DNA from: Acidobacteriota bacterium
Lineage (GTDB): Bacteria > Acidobacteriota > Vicinamibacteria > Vicinamibacterales > JAMQPK01
Assembly (NCBI GenBank): GCA_031395755.1
Contig: JANNJO010000428.1
Span: forward strand, 1 to 60,490
Direction: 5' to 3'
Length of the DNA: 60,490 bases
The translations under genes and the position numbers were made by a program. Below, one piece after another: positions 51,935-60,490 of the stretch. Positions within the stretch are counted from its first letter, which is position 1. Every line of letters starts with the position of its first letter. The notes under the pieces were generated by a model. The model did not search any database. It saw only the letters and a program-made list of their open reading frames with translations, and was not told where the DNA came from.

Positions 51935-54376
51935 ATGCTCTCCATGAAATCAGGGTTCTGGCGCGGCGCGCTGTTTCGACTCCTCGCCGTGGCGCTGGCC
52001 ATCGGCACGGTGTCCGACGGCCGGGCGAGCCGCGTGGCGTACGCCCAGGGCGCCATCGATCCCACGGTCGTCAAGGCGCGTGCCGCGATCAACCGCGGTC
52101 AATATGCCGAGGCGGAAGCGCTTCTGCAGCCGATGGCGGTGCGCACGCCGGAGGGTGAAGCGGCCCTCGAGTTGGGGCTGCTCTACGAGATGATGGGGCG
52201 CCGCGACGAGTCGCGCCCGCTGCTCCAGCGCGTCTCGAACATGGAAGCCGGAACGCGCACGTCCTCCTCGGAGTACGCGCGTATGGGCCGGGCGGCCCGT
52301 GCGCTCGGGGAGTTCCAGCTCGCCAACGACGCCTATCGCATCGCGTCGGAAAAAACTCCAAAAGACCCCGCCGTTCACACCGGCTGGGGAGAACTGTTCC
52401 TGCAGGTTCACAACAACGCCGAAGCTGCAAAGTCTTTTCAGGACGCGCTCGAGGCGGACGACAAGTGGATCCCGGCGCTGTTAGGCATGGCCCAGGCGCT
52501 GCTGGACGTGAACCCGCCGGCTGCGGCGAAGGCCGTGCAGCAGGCGCTGGCGCTCGATCCCGATGTCGTGGCCGGCCACCTCCTGATGGCGCAGCTTCAG
52601 CTCGACAAGAGCGATCGCGAGGCCGCGAAAGCGTCGATCGCGAAGGCGAAGGCCATCAATCCTCTCGGCCTCGACGCGCTGGCGCTGAGCGGGGCGGTCG
52701 CGTACATCGAAGACCGCCACAGCGACTTTCAACAGGAGGCCGCGGCTGCGCTGAAGATCAACCCGCGCTTCAGCGATGCGTATCGCGTGCCCGGCGATCT
52801 GGCGGCGGCGAACTATCGGTTCGACGAAGCGGTCGCGTTGAGCCGCAAGTCGCTGGGGATCGATCCCAACGACGTGCGCACGCTCTCGGCGCTTGGCGTG
52901 CAGCTGTTGCGAACGGGCGACGAGGCTGAAGCGCGCACCGTGCTCGAGAGGGCATTCGCCATCGACAAGTTCGATCAGACGACGTTCAACCTCCTGACGA
53001 TGCTCGATTCGCTCGAGAAGTTCGAGACCATCACCGAGGGCAACCTCGTCGTCAAATTGCATCCCAGTGAGATGCCCGTCATGCGCGAGTACGTGCTGCC
53101 GCTCGCGCAGCACGCGCTCGAGACATTCTCGAAGAAGTATCAATTCACGCCGGCAGGCCCGATTCTGATCGAGATGTTCCCCAAGCACGACGACTTCGCC
53201 GTGCGTACCGTCGGACTGCCCGGCATGATCGGCGCGCTCGGCGCCTGCTTCGGGCGCGTCGTAACACTCGACTCGCCGAGGGCGCGGCCGCCGGGAGATT
53301 TCAACTGGGCGCCAACCCTCTGGCACGAGCTGGCGCACGTGATGACGCTGCAACTGTCGAAGCAGCGTGTGCCTCGCTGGCTGACGGAGGGCATCTCGAC
53401 CTACGAGGAAAAGCTCGGCTCTCCGGCCTGGGGGCGTGAAGGCGAGCTCACCTTCGCCATGGCGTACGGCCAGGGCAAGCACATGAGCCTTCGAGAGCTG
53501 AACGCGGCTTTCCAGGATCCCGAAAAGATCTCACTGGCGTACTACGAGGCCTCCATTCTCACCGAGCACATCGTCGAGACCTACGGCATGGCCGCCCTTC
53601 GCAAGCTGCTCGTGACCTACGGAGAGGGGCTCGAGGGGGAGGCGGCGCTCAAAGCGGGGTTGGGCGTCGAGATCGACAAGCTGCAGGCCGACTTCGACAA
53701 AGTGCTGGCGGCCAGGTACGGCGCGGTCGTGAAGGCGCTTACCCCGCCGAAGGAGCTGGAGCCGGGAAAGGGCAACCCCGAGGCGATAGCCGCGGCCTTT
53801 CCGGACAGCTTTCAGGCGCAGGTTGCGATGGGCGAGTTCCTTTGGAAGTCCGGCCGCCTCGATGAAGCGTTTACGGTCCTCGAGCGTGCGGCGCAGATGG
53901 TGCCGATGGCGACCGGGCCGAAAAGCCCGCACACGATGATGGCGCAGATGGCGCTGCAGCGGAACGATCGCGCCCGCGCCATCAGCGAGCTGGAGAAGGT
54001 GCTCCAGCACGCGAACACGGACCTGGACTCGGCTCGCCTGCTGGCCAGGCACTTGCAGGAAGCTGCCGCACCGTCGGCGAGCTTGATGGCCGCTTACGAG
54101 CGCGTTGCACAGCTGGATCCGTTCGATGCGGCCAACCACACACTGCTGGGACGCCTGAAGCTGCAGGCGGGGGACTCGCGCACGGCCGCGCGGGAATTCC
54201 GCGCCGCCATCGCCTCGGGGTCGCTCGACCCCGCGTCGGCGCACTCCGATCTCGCGGAGAGCTATCTCGCGCTTGGCGACAAGGCGCAGGCCAGGCGCGC
54301 AGTCCTCGCCGCCATCGAAGTCGCGCCTGGGTACCCGCGCGCGCAGGATCTCCTGCTGAAGGTGGTGGGCCAGTGA
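51935..54376 (+). CDS. TPR-repeat protein with an embedded gluzincin (peptidase MA-like, HExxH...E) domain
   Basis: 813 aa with a signal peptide, N- and C-terminal TPR blocks, and WHELAHVMT...WLTEGISTYEE. Confidence 0.75.
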   Translation: MLSMKSGFWRGALFRLLAVALAIGTVSDGRASRVAYAQGAIDPTVVKARAAINRGQYAEAEALLQPMAVRTPEGEAALELGLLYEMMGRRDESRPLLQRVSNMEAGTRTSSSEYARMGRAARALGEFQLANDAYRIASEKTPKDPAVHTGWGELFLQVHNNAEAAKSFQDALEADDKWIPALLGMAQALLDVNPPAAAKAVQQALALDPDVVAGHLLMAQLQLDKSDREAAKASIAKAKAINPLGLDALALSGAVAYIEDRHSDFQQEAAAALKINPRFSDAYRVPGDLAAANYRFDEAVALSRKSLGIDPNDVRTLSALGVQLLRTGDEAEARTVLERAFAIDKFDQTTFNLLTMLDSLEKFETITEGNLVVKLHPSEMPVMREYVLPLAQHALETFSKKYQFTPAGPILIEMFPKHDDFAVRTVGLPGMIGALGACFGRVVTLDSPRARPPGDFNWAPTLWHELAHVMTLQLSKQRVPRWLTEGISTYEEKLGSPAWGREGELTFAMAYGQGKHMSLRELNAAFQDPEKISLAYYEASILTEHIVETYGMAALRKLLVTYGEGLEGEAALKAGLGVEIDKLQADFDKVLAARYGAVVKALTPPKELEPGKGNPEAIAAAFPDSFQAQVAMGEFLWKSGRLDEAFTVLERAAQMVPMATGPKSPHTMMAQMALQRNDRARAISELEKVLQHANTDLDSARLLARHLQEAAAPSASLMAAYERVAQLDPFDAANHTLLGRLKLQAGDSRTAAREFRAAIASGSLDPASAHSDLAESYLALGDKAQARRAVLAAIEVAPGYPRAQDLLLKVVGQ

Positions 54377-55302
54377 ACCTCGCCCGCACCGCTCTGCTGG
54401 CGATGCTCGCTGTTGCGGCGCTGCCGGCGCCCGCCCTGGCCGAAGAGCGGTTCGCCGTCATCGTGTCTGGCGTATCCGGAAGCGAGAAGTTCGCCGAAGC
54501 GCAAAAGGGGTGGGTGTCGTCGCTTGTATCCACGTTGCAGAAAGGTTTCGGCTTTGCAGCCGATCGCATCACCGCGCTGTCTGAGAACGGCACGGCTCCC
54601 ACCTCGGCAACCAGGGAGAATCTGACGCGCACCCTCGCGGCGTTGAAGCCGCGGCTCACTGCGGACGACACGCTGCTCGTGGTGCTGATCGGGCACGGTA
54701 CGTTCGACGGGACGGTGGCGAAATTCAACCTCGTCGGTCCCGATATGGACTCGAAGGAGTGGAAGGCGGCGCTGGACGGCAATCCGGCGCGCCTGGTGTT
54801 CGTCAACACCACGAGCTCGAGCTTCCAGTTCGTGCCGGCGCTGGCCGGGAAGAACCGCATCGTCATCGCGGCGACCGATTCTGCCGCGCAGAAATACGCC
54901 ACGATGTTCCCGCAGTACTTCATCGAGGCGCTGGATCAGGTCGCGAACGCCGACAACGACAAGAACGGCCGCCTGTCTGTCTGGGAGGCGTTCACGTACG
55001 CCGGGCAGGCCGTGAAGCAGGCGTTCGATTCGAAAGGCACGCTGGTGACCGAGCGATCGATTATCGACGACGGCTCGAACGGCGTGCTGGCCAAGACGAC
55101 GTTTCTCGACCCGCCGCCCGCCGCGACGTCGGCCAACGCCGCCCTTGCCGGGCTCGAGAAGCGCCGCATCACCCTCGAAACGGAGATCGAGCAGTTGAAA
55201 GGCCGCAAGGGCCAGATGCCTGCCGGCCAGTACGAAGAGGAATTCGAGCGCCTCGCCATCGAGCTTGCGAAAATCTCCGCGCAGATCCGATCGGCGAAGT
55301 AA
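54373..55302 (+). CDS. secreted caspase-fold (peptidase C13/legumain-like) homologue with a C-terminal coiled coil
   Basis: GTGA overlap with the upstream gene. Signal peptide. LLVVLIGHG (His-Gly dyad), but VFVNTTSSSF where family members carry the catalytic Cys. Confidence 0.5.
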   Translation: MNLARTALLAMLAVAALPAPALAEERFAVIVSGVSGSEKFAEAQKGWVSSLVSTLQKGFGFAADRITALSENGTAPTSATRENLTRTLAALKPRLTADDTLLVVLIGHGTFDGTVAKFNLVGPDMDSKEWKAALDGNPARLVFVNTTSSSFQFVPALAGKNRIVIAATDSAAQKYATMFPQYFIEALDQVANADNDKNGRLSVWEAFTYAGQAVKQAFDSKGTLVTERSIIDDGSNGVLAKTTFLDPPPAATSANAALAGLEKRRITLETEIEQLKGRKGQMPAGQYEEEFERLAIELAKISAQIRSAK

Positions 55303-55311
55303 CTGCCCTGC

Positions 55312-55968
55312 TCAGGCCCACTGTTTGCTCGCCGGCCTGCGGAGCACGAGCACCGCTCCCATGCCGGCGACGAAACCCGCGACGTGAGCCCAGAAGGCGA
55401 CCCCGCCCGAGTCCGCGCCCCCATCCGCCGCAATCGATCCCACGCCGCTGAAGAACTGCATCAGGAACCAGATGCCGAGAAAGAGGATCGCGGGCACCTC
55501 GATGATTTCCCAGATGATGATGAGCGGCACGAGCGCAAGCACCCGCGAGTGTGGATACAGCACGAAGTACGCACCCATCACGCCCGCGATGGCGCCGCTG
55601 GCGCCGATGGTGGGAACGGTGGAGAGCGGATTCATGAACACGTGCGCGAGCGAGGCCGCCGCGCCGCAGAAGAGATAGAACAGCACGAAGCGTCCATGGC
55701 CGAGGCGATCCTCGACGTTGTCTCCGAAAATCCAGAGGTACAGCATGTTGCCGAGGAAGTGCAGCCAGCCGGCGTGCAGGAACATCGACGTCAACACGGG
55801 CAGCCATCTGAACTGCGCAGGCACCACGCCGTAGACGTACATGAACGCCTCGAGCGCGCGATCGCCGAGCGACAGCTCCAAGATAAACGCGGCGCTGTTG
55901 AGAGCGATGAAGGCGATGTTAAAGAAGGGAAACGTTCGCGACGGGATGACGTCGCGCAGCGGGATCAT
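55312..55968 (-). CDS. rhomboid-family intramembrane serine protease
   Basis: 218 aa. WLHFLGNMLYLWIFG, catalytic GASGAIAG, and a downstream His (AHVAG). Confidence 0.9.
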   Translation of the reverse strand: MIPLRDVIPSRTFPFFNIAFIALNSAAFILELSLGDRALEAFMYVYGVVPAQFRWLPVLTSMFLHAGWLHFLGNMLYLWIFGDNVEDRLGHGRFVLFYLFCGAAASLAHVFMNPLSTVPTIGASGAIAGVMGAYFVLYPHSRVLALVPLIIIWEIIEVPAILFLGIWFLMQFFSGVGSIAADGGADSGGVAFWAHVAGFVAGMGAVLVLRRPASKQWA

Positions 55969-55997
55969 GGACGCGATTGTGCCATACTCGGACGCCG

Positions 55998-56183
55998 ATG
56001 AAATGCCGTGAGTGCGGGACCGAAATCGCCGAGAAGGCGCTGATTTGCTTCCGGTGCGGCGCGTCGGTCGAAGAGCCGGTGACGAAGCCGTACGTCGTCA
56101 AAAAAACCAGGCGGCCGCTGATCGTCTACGCCGTCTTTGCGATATTGGTTCTCATCGCACTGCTGATGATGTTGTTCCGGTAG
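55998..56183 (+). CDS. zinc-ribbon membrane protein (61 aa)
   Basis: MKCRECGTEI...CFRCGA followed by one TM (LIVYAVFAILVLIALLMMLF). The ORF-track start is TTG 55977. Confidence 0.5.
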   Translation: MKCRECGTEIAEKALICFRCGASVEEPVTKPYVVKKTRRPLIVYAVFAILVLIALLMMLFR

Positions 56184-56196
56184 CGACAAAAATTTT

Positions 56197-56268
56197 AAAC
56201 AGGAGCTCAGGAGGTTAGGAGAATGTATTTCAAGAGCCAAGCTTCTGATCTCGTGATCTCCTGTCTGG
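56197..56268. repeat. family-2 octamer element forming an imperfect hairpin around a start codon, locus K
   Basis: Left arm CAGGAGCT CAGGAGGT TAGGAGAA (56200-56223) and right arm TCTGATCT CGTGATCT CCTGTCTG (56244-56267). ATG 56223 and codons 2-7 lie in the loop. Confidence 0.85.
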
Positions 56269-57530
56269 TTTGTGTTGTCGTCGCGGGCGTTGCGCTGGCA
56301 GCTGCGCCGGATTTCGAGGCGTCGGGGCGCGAGACCGTGGCGGAGTTGTCGACACGCTCCTTCGATAAGGTCATCGCCCGCTTCGACGAGACGATGACCC
56401 AGAGGCTGCCGCGCGAAAAACTGGCCCTGGCCTGGGGCTCGGTGATCGGGCAGTTCGGCGAGTTCCAGAGCATCACGACGGTTCGGGTAAGGGAGGTGCC
56501 GGCGCAAGGTGTCTACGTCGTCGAGTTGACGTCGGCGTTCGAAAAGGCGCCGCTGCTGATTCGCCTCGCGTTCAACGATGCCGGCAGGATCGCTGGCCTG
56601 TTCTTCCTGCCCGTCGCGCCCCCCGCGGCCGGGGGGACGCCACCGCCGTACGCCGATCCTTCAACCTTCATTGAAATCCCGATCAGCGTCGGCCCGTTCA
56701 AGCTGCCCGGCACGTTGTCGATGCCCAGAGGCCCAGCCCATGTACCCTCGGTGGTGCTCGTGCATGGCTCCGGCCCTCACGATCGCGACGAAACGATCGG
56801 ACCGAACAAGGTATTCAGGGATCTCGCGTGGGGATTGGCATCCCGCAACATCGCCGTTCTCCGCTATGACAAGCGCTCGCTCTTAGTCCCGCTCAAGGAA
56901 GGCACCGTCAAGGAAGAGGTGACGGAGGACGCGAGCGCCGCTGTGGATGTTCTCGCATCGCAGCCGGGCATCGCGGCCGGAAAAGTCTTTGTCCTCGGGC
57001 ACAGCCTCGGCGGGACCCTCGCTCCGCGCATTGCTGCCGCCAATCCGAAGGTCGGCGGCATCATCATCATGGCCGGCACTACCCGGCAGATTGAAGACAT
57101 CATTCTCGAGCAGGTCCGGTATCTGAAAGGGGCGGAGTCGCGCGAGATGGCGGCAGCAGAAGAGTTTGCGCGCCGGGTCCGCGATCCTCAGCTGCGCGCC
57201 GACGCGACGATCGATGTCATGGGTGCGCCGATGCCGGCCGCCTACTGGTTGGATCTGCGCGCCTATCGGTCGGCTGAGGTGGCCGCGTCGCTGAGAATTC
57301 CGATGCTCGTCCTGCAAGGTGAGCGCGATTACCAGGTGAGAATGGCTGACTTCGAAGGTTGGAAGAACGCCGTGGACGGACGCCGCTATGCGACCTTGAA
57401 ATCGTACCCCTCGCTGAACCATCTCTTCATCGCCGGGATCGGCGACTCGAAACCCGAAGAATATTTCCGTCCAGGCCACGTCGACCCGCAGGTGATCGCC
57501 GACATCGTGTACTGGATCCAACGTCAATAA
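56223..57530 (+). CDS. alpha/beta hydrolase (S9/dienelactone-hydrolase-like) with an N-terminal DUF3887-like domain
   Basis: 435 aa with a signal/TM, nucleophile elbow GHSLGG, and HGSGPHDRDE. Confidence 0.8.
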   Translation: MYFKSQASDLVISCLVCVVVAGVALAAAPDFEASGRETVAELSTRSFDKVIARFDETMTQRLPREKLALAWGSVIGQFGEFQSITTVRVREVPAQGVYVVELTSAFEKAPLLIRLAFNDAGRIAGLFFLPVAPPAAGGTPPPYADPSTFIEIPISVGPFKLPGTLSMPRGPAHVPSVVLVHGSGPHDRDETIGPNKVFRDLAWGLASRNIAVLRYDKRSLLVPLKEGTVKEEVTEDASAAVDVLASQPGIAAGKVFVLGHSLGGTLAPRIAAANPKVGGIIIMAGTTRQIEDIILEQVRYLKGAESREMAAAEEFARRVRDPQLRADATIDVMGAPMPAAYWLDLRAYRSAEVAASLRIPMLVLQGERDYQVRMADFEGWKNAVDGRRYATLKSYPSLNHLFIAGIGDSKPEEYFRPGHVDPQVIADIVYWIQRQ

Positions 57531-57537
57531 AACAAAA

Positions 57538-57564
57538 CCTCCTGAACTCCTTATCTCCTGTTTG
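57538..57564. repeat. family-2 octamer element, locus J (inverted relative to K)
   Basis: The reverse complement CAAACAGGAGATAAGGAGTTCAGGAGG equals the K left arm (AAACAGGAG-C-TCAGGAGGTT) with one extra 8-nt unit. It lies between two convergent stops. Confidence 0.85.
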
Positions 57565-57565
57565 A

Positions 57566-58474
57566 TTATTTCGACAGCCGCGCTTCGATCGGTCCGAGCG
57601 ACCCAAGCACGACGTCACCGACGATCTGCAGGCTGCGCGCCGAGGTCTGGTCCAGCGTGTCGCCGGCGGTGTGCCAGGCGGGGTAGTCGAGGTCGATGAT
57701 GTCGGTGGCCGGTACGCCGGCTTTCAGAAACGGGACGTGATCGTCTTCGATGGGCGTGTTCGCGTTGACGAAGACGGCGCCGTGACCCAGACGCTGGGCG
57801 GTGGTCCAGATGATGTCGGTGAGCCACGGCGTTGAATTGGTCTCGCGGATGAAGCGCTGGGAGCGTTCGGCGATCATGTCCACCAGCACCAAGGCCTTCA
57901 GGCCGGACAGCGTTCCGGAGTTCCGGGCGTGATCCACGTAGTACTGGCTGCCGTAGGTGTGGTCCGTCCCGCCCCAATCCCGCAGCGTGGCCTCTTCGCC
58001 GTCGAAAAAAATCAGCTCGATTGTGAACGCGTTCGGCCGGCCCTTCAGCACGCGCGCCAGTTCAATCAGGAACGCCGTGCTCGAGCCGCCGTCGTTGGCG
58101 CCCACGAACCGGAATTCCCGGAACAGCTTCGTGTCGTAGTGGCCGGCGAGGGCGATCCGTTCTTTGCGCGCGCCCGGGATCGTGGCGATCAGGTTCACCA
58201 TCGGAATCTCGCCAATGGGGGTCTTCGCCGTGAACGGCTGCCGAACGACCGTCACGCCTGCCGTCGTGAGCTGCTCGATGATATAGCCGCGGGTGCGCTC
58301 GATGGCAGGAGAACCCGCCGGCCGCGGTCCCAAGGCCACGACCTGGCGCAGGTGCTCGTACGCGCGGGCGGCATCGAAGACGGCTTCTGGCTTCCGGCCC
58401 TGGGCTTCGGGGCTGGTCGCGCACGCGACGACGCCGATGAGCGCCAGGACCCAGAACCTAGAACCTGGAACCAA
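57566..58474 (-). CDS. M28-family peptidase / glutaminyl-cyclase-like
   Basis: 302 aa. AGHYDTK, GANDGGSSTA and FFDGEEA motifs. TTG start at 58474. N-terminal residues VPGSRFWVL are encoded by heptamer repeats. Confidence 0.85.
   Translation of the reverse strand: MVPGSRFWVLALIGVVACATSPEAQGRKPEAVFDAARAYEHLRQVVALGPRPAGSPAIERTRGYIIEQLTTAGVTVVRQPFTAKTPIGEIPMVNLIATIPGARKERIALAGHYDTKLFREFRFVGANDGGSSTAFLIELARVLKGRPNAFTIELIFFDGEEATLRDWGGTDHTYGSQYYVDHARNSGTLSGLKALVLVDMIAERSQRFIRETNSTPWLTDIIWTTAQRLGHGAVFVNANTPIEDDHVPFLKAGVPATDIIDLDYPAWHTAGDTLDQTSARSLQIVGDVVLGSLGPIEARLSK
58447..58474. repeat. family-4 heptamers GGACCCA GAACCTA GAACCTG GAACCAA, locus H
   Basis: Uses the same GAACYTA word as 50466-50486. 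It covers the first 9 codons of the M28 gene and ends 2 nt from the gltA stop. Confidence 0.85.
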
Positions 58475-58475
58475 T

Positions 58476-59753
<1,278 letters not shown>

Positions 59754-59759
<6 letters not shown>

Positions 59760-59802
59760 CAGTCGTCAGTCATCAGTCGTCAGTCGTCAGTCGTCAGTCG
59801 CA
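59754..59802. repeat. family-1 heptamer array, seven units AGTC(A/G)TC, locus E
   Basis: AGTCATC AGTCGTC AGTCATC AGTCGTC AGTCGTC AGTCGTC AGTCGCA. It contains the gltA start codon (59757-59759) and the yacG stop (59787-59789). Confidence 0.95.
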
Positions 59803-59978
59803 CCGTCGGTGTCGCCGTCGCCCGGCTCGGAGTCTTGCCGAACCGGCTCGGCCGGCACGCGATAGCGACCGTCGACCCACCCGGCAAGATCCTGAAGTTT
59901 GCAGCGCTGGCTGCAGAAAGGCGCCCAGGGCGGCTGCGCCGGTTGCTGGCGGCAGAACACGCATGGGCGCGCAGACAC
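59787..59978 (-). CDS. yacG: DNA gyrase inhibitor YacG-like zinc finger protein
   Basis: 63 aa. CVFC...PFCSQRCKLQDLAGW matches the YacG zinc-finger pattern. The acidic tail (DGATDD*) is partly encoded by the heptamer array. Confidence 0.7.
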   Translation of the reverse strand: MSARPCVFCRQQPAQPPWAPFCSQRCKLQDLAGWVDGRYRVPAEPVRQDSEPGDGDTDGATDD

Positions 59979-59992
59979 AGCCCGATATTCTA

Positions 59993-60490
59993 TTAGATCT
60001 GATGGTCTGCCGCGTGATGTCGAACGTCGCGGCCCGACACCATGAAGATGACGTCTTCGGCGACGTTCGTCGCGTGGTCGCCGATCCGCTCGAGGTGGCG
60101 CGAGATCAGAATGAGGTCCAGGGCCGGTTCGATCGTGGTCGGGTCCTGCAGCATGTAGGTGAGCAGCTCCCTGAAGACCTGCGTTTTCAGCGAGTCGAGC
60201 ACGTCATCCTCATCGAGCACGTGCTGGGCGAGCTCCATGTCGCCTCGGACGTAGGAATCCAACGCATCCCGCAGCATGGTTTGCGCCGTGGTCGCCATCC
60301 GGGGAATGTCGATCAGCTTCTTGACCGGAGGATGCGCCGTATACCGCCGCGCGGCTTCGCCGATGTTCACGGCCATATCGCCGACCCGCTCGAGGTCGCT
60401 GTTGATCTTGATGGCCGCCATCACTGCGCGCAGGTCTGCTGCCATCGGCGAGTGCAGCGCGAGGAGCTTCAGGCACAGATCGTCGATCTC
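59993..60490 (-). CDS. phoU: phosphate signalling regulator PhoU, N-terminus outside the window
   Basis: Two PhoU repeats (DLERVGDMAVNI, HLERIGDHATNV). The frame stays open upstream of M at 60445 to the window edge (...EIDDLCLKLLALHSP). Confidence 0.9.
   Translation of the reverse strand, partial: EIDDLCLKLLALHSPMAADLRAVMAAIKINSDLERVGDMAVNIGEAARRYTAHPPVKKLIDIPRMATTAQTMLRDALDSYVRGDMELAQHVLDEDDVLDSLKTQVFRELLTYMLQDPTTIEPALDLILISRHLERIGDHATNVAEDVIFMVSGRDVRHHAADHQI

Overview
This is a 60.5-kb bacterial chromosomal segment of roughly 65% GC. The gene content and the style of the intergenic repeats suggest a soil Acidobacteriota-like organism, but that is inference only. I call about 62 protein-coding genes or gene remnants and one tRNA-Leu(CAA). 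I found no rRNA, no CRISPR array and no intact mobile element.

Gene layout, left to right:
- 0-10 kb: a PilZ protein; a NifA-like sigma-54 activator; a sigma-54-promoted nitrogen-control block (amtB, TorF-type porin, glnD, PII, glnE-like).
- 9.8-10.2 kb: a REP-like hairpin, an 18-bp minisatellite and a decayed RAYT/IS200-like transposase.
- 10.2-15.5 kb: a PfkB kinase, a Gfo/Idh/MocA dehydrogenase and a sugar ABC transporter.
- 15.7-19.7 kb: a second NifA-like paralogue beside a zinc-peptidase / ATP-grasp ligase / small-ORF trio.
- 19.8-26.6 kb: a PhoR/PhoB-like pair and two more sensor kinases.
- 27-33.4 kb: a serine hydrolase, an FAD/Fe-S hydroxyacid oxidase with an anion permease, and a Zn-ADH.
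- 33.4-60.5 kb: an ECF sigma module; DUF4159, M48 and EEP proteins; tRNA-Leu; a cytochrome-c/TPR protein; carD, plsC, rex, moaC, a CDF exporter, lepB, LytS/LytTR, an orphan nuoI, two phospholipid-N-methyltransferase-like genes, a glycosyltransferase, a TPR-gluzincin with a C13-like protein, a rhomboid protease, hydrolases, gltA, yacG and a partial phoU.

The most unusual signal is in the non-coding layer rather than in any gene cassette:
1. A 25-nt REP-like hairpin occurs four times. Three copies lie in frame inside coding sequences: one in the glnE-like gene and an inverted pair in the Zn-ADH. One copy carries a compensatory stem change.
2. At least four families of period-7 or period-8 word arrays (AGTCGNN; CAGGAGNT/AGATCAGG; TAGGGAT; GAACYTA/GGGCRGA) build imperfect hairpins wedged at gene junctions. 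They share 11-24-nt identical blocks between loci tens of kb apart. They supply stop codons, C-terminal tails, N-terminal extensions, a Shine-Dalgarno (SD) site plus start codon, and a uORF to the flanking genes. One copy (44093-44221) has 22-bp terminal inverted repeats and looks MITE-like.
3. Two nitrogen regulators carry degenerate catalytic motifs: Walker A GESGTDKE in one NifA-like paralogue, and SxD instead of DxD in a half-length GlnE.

Novelty cannot be asserted without database searches.
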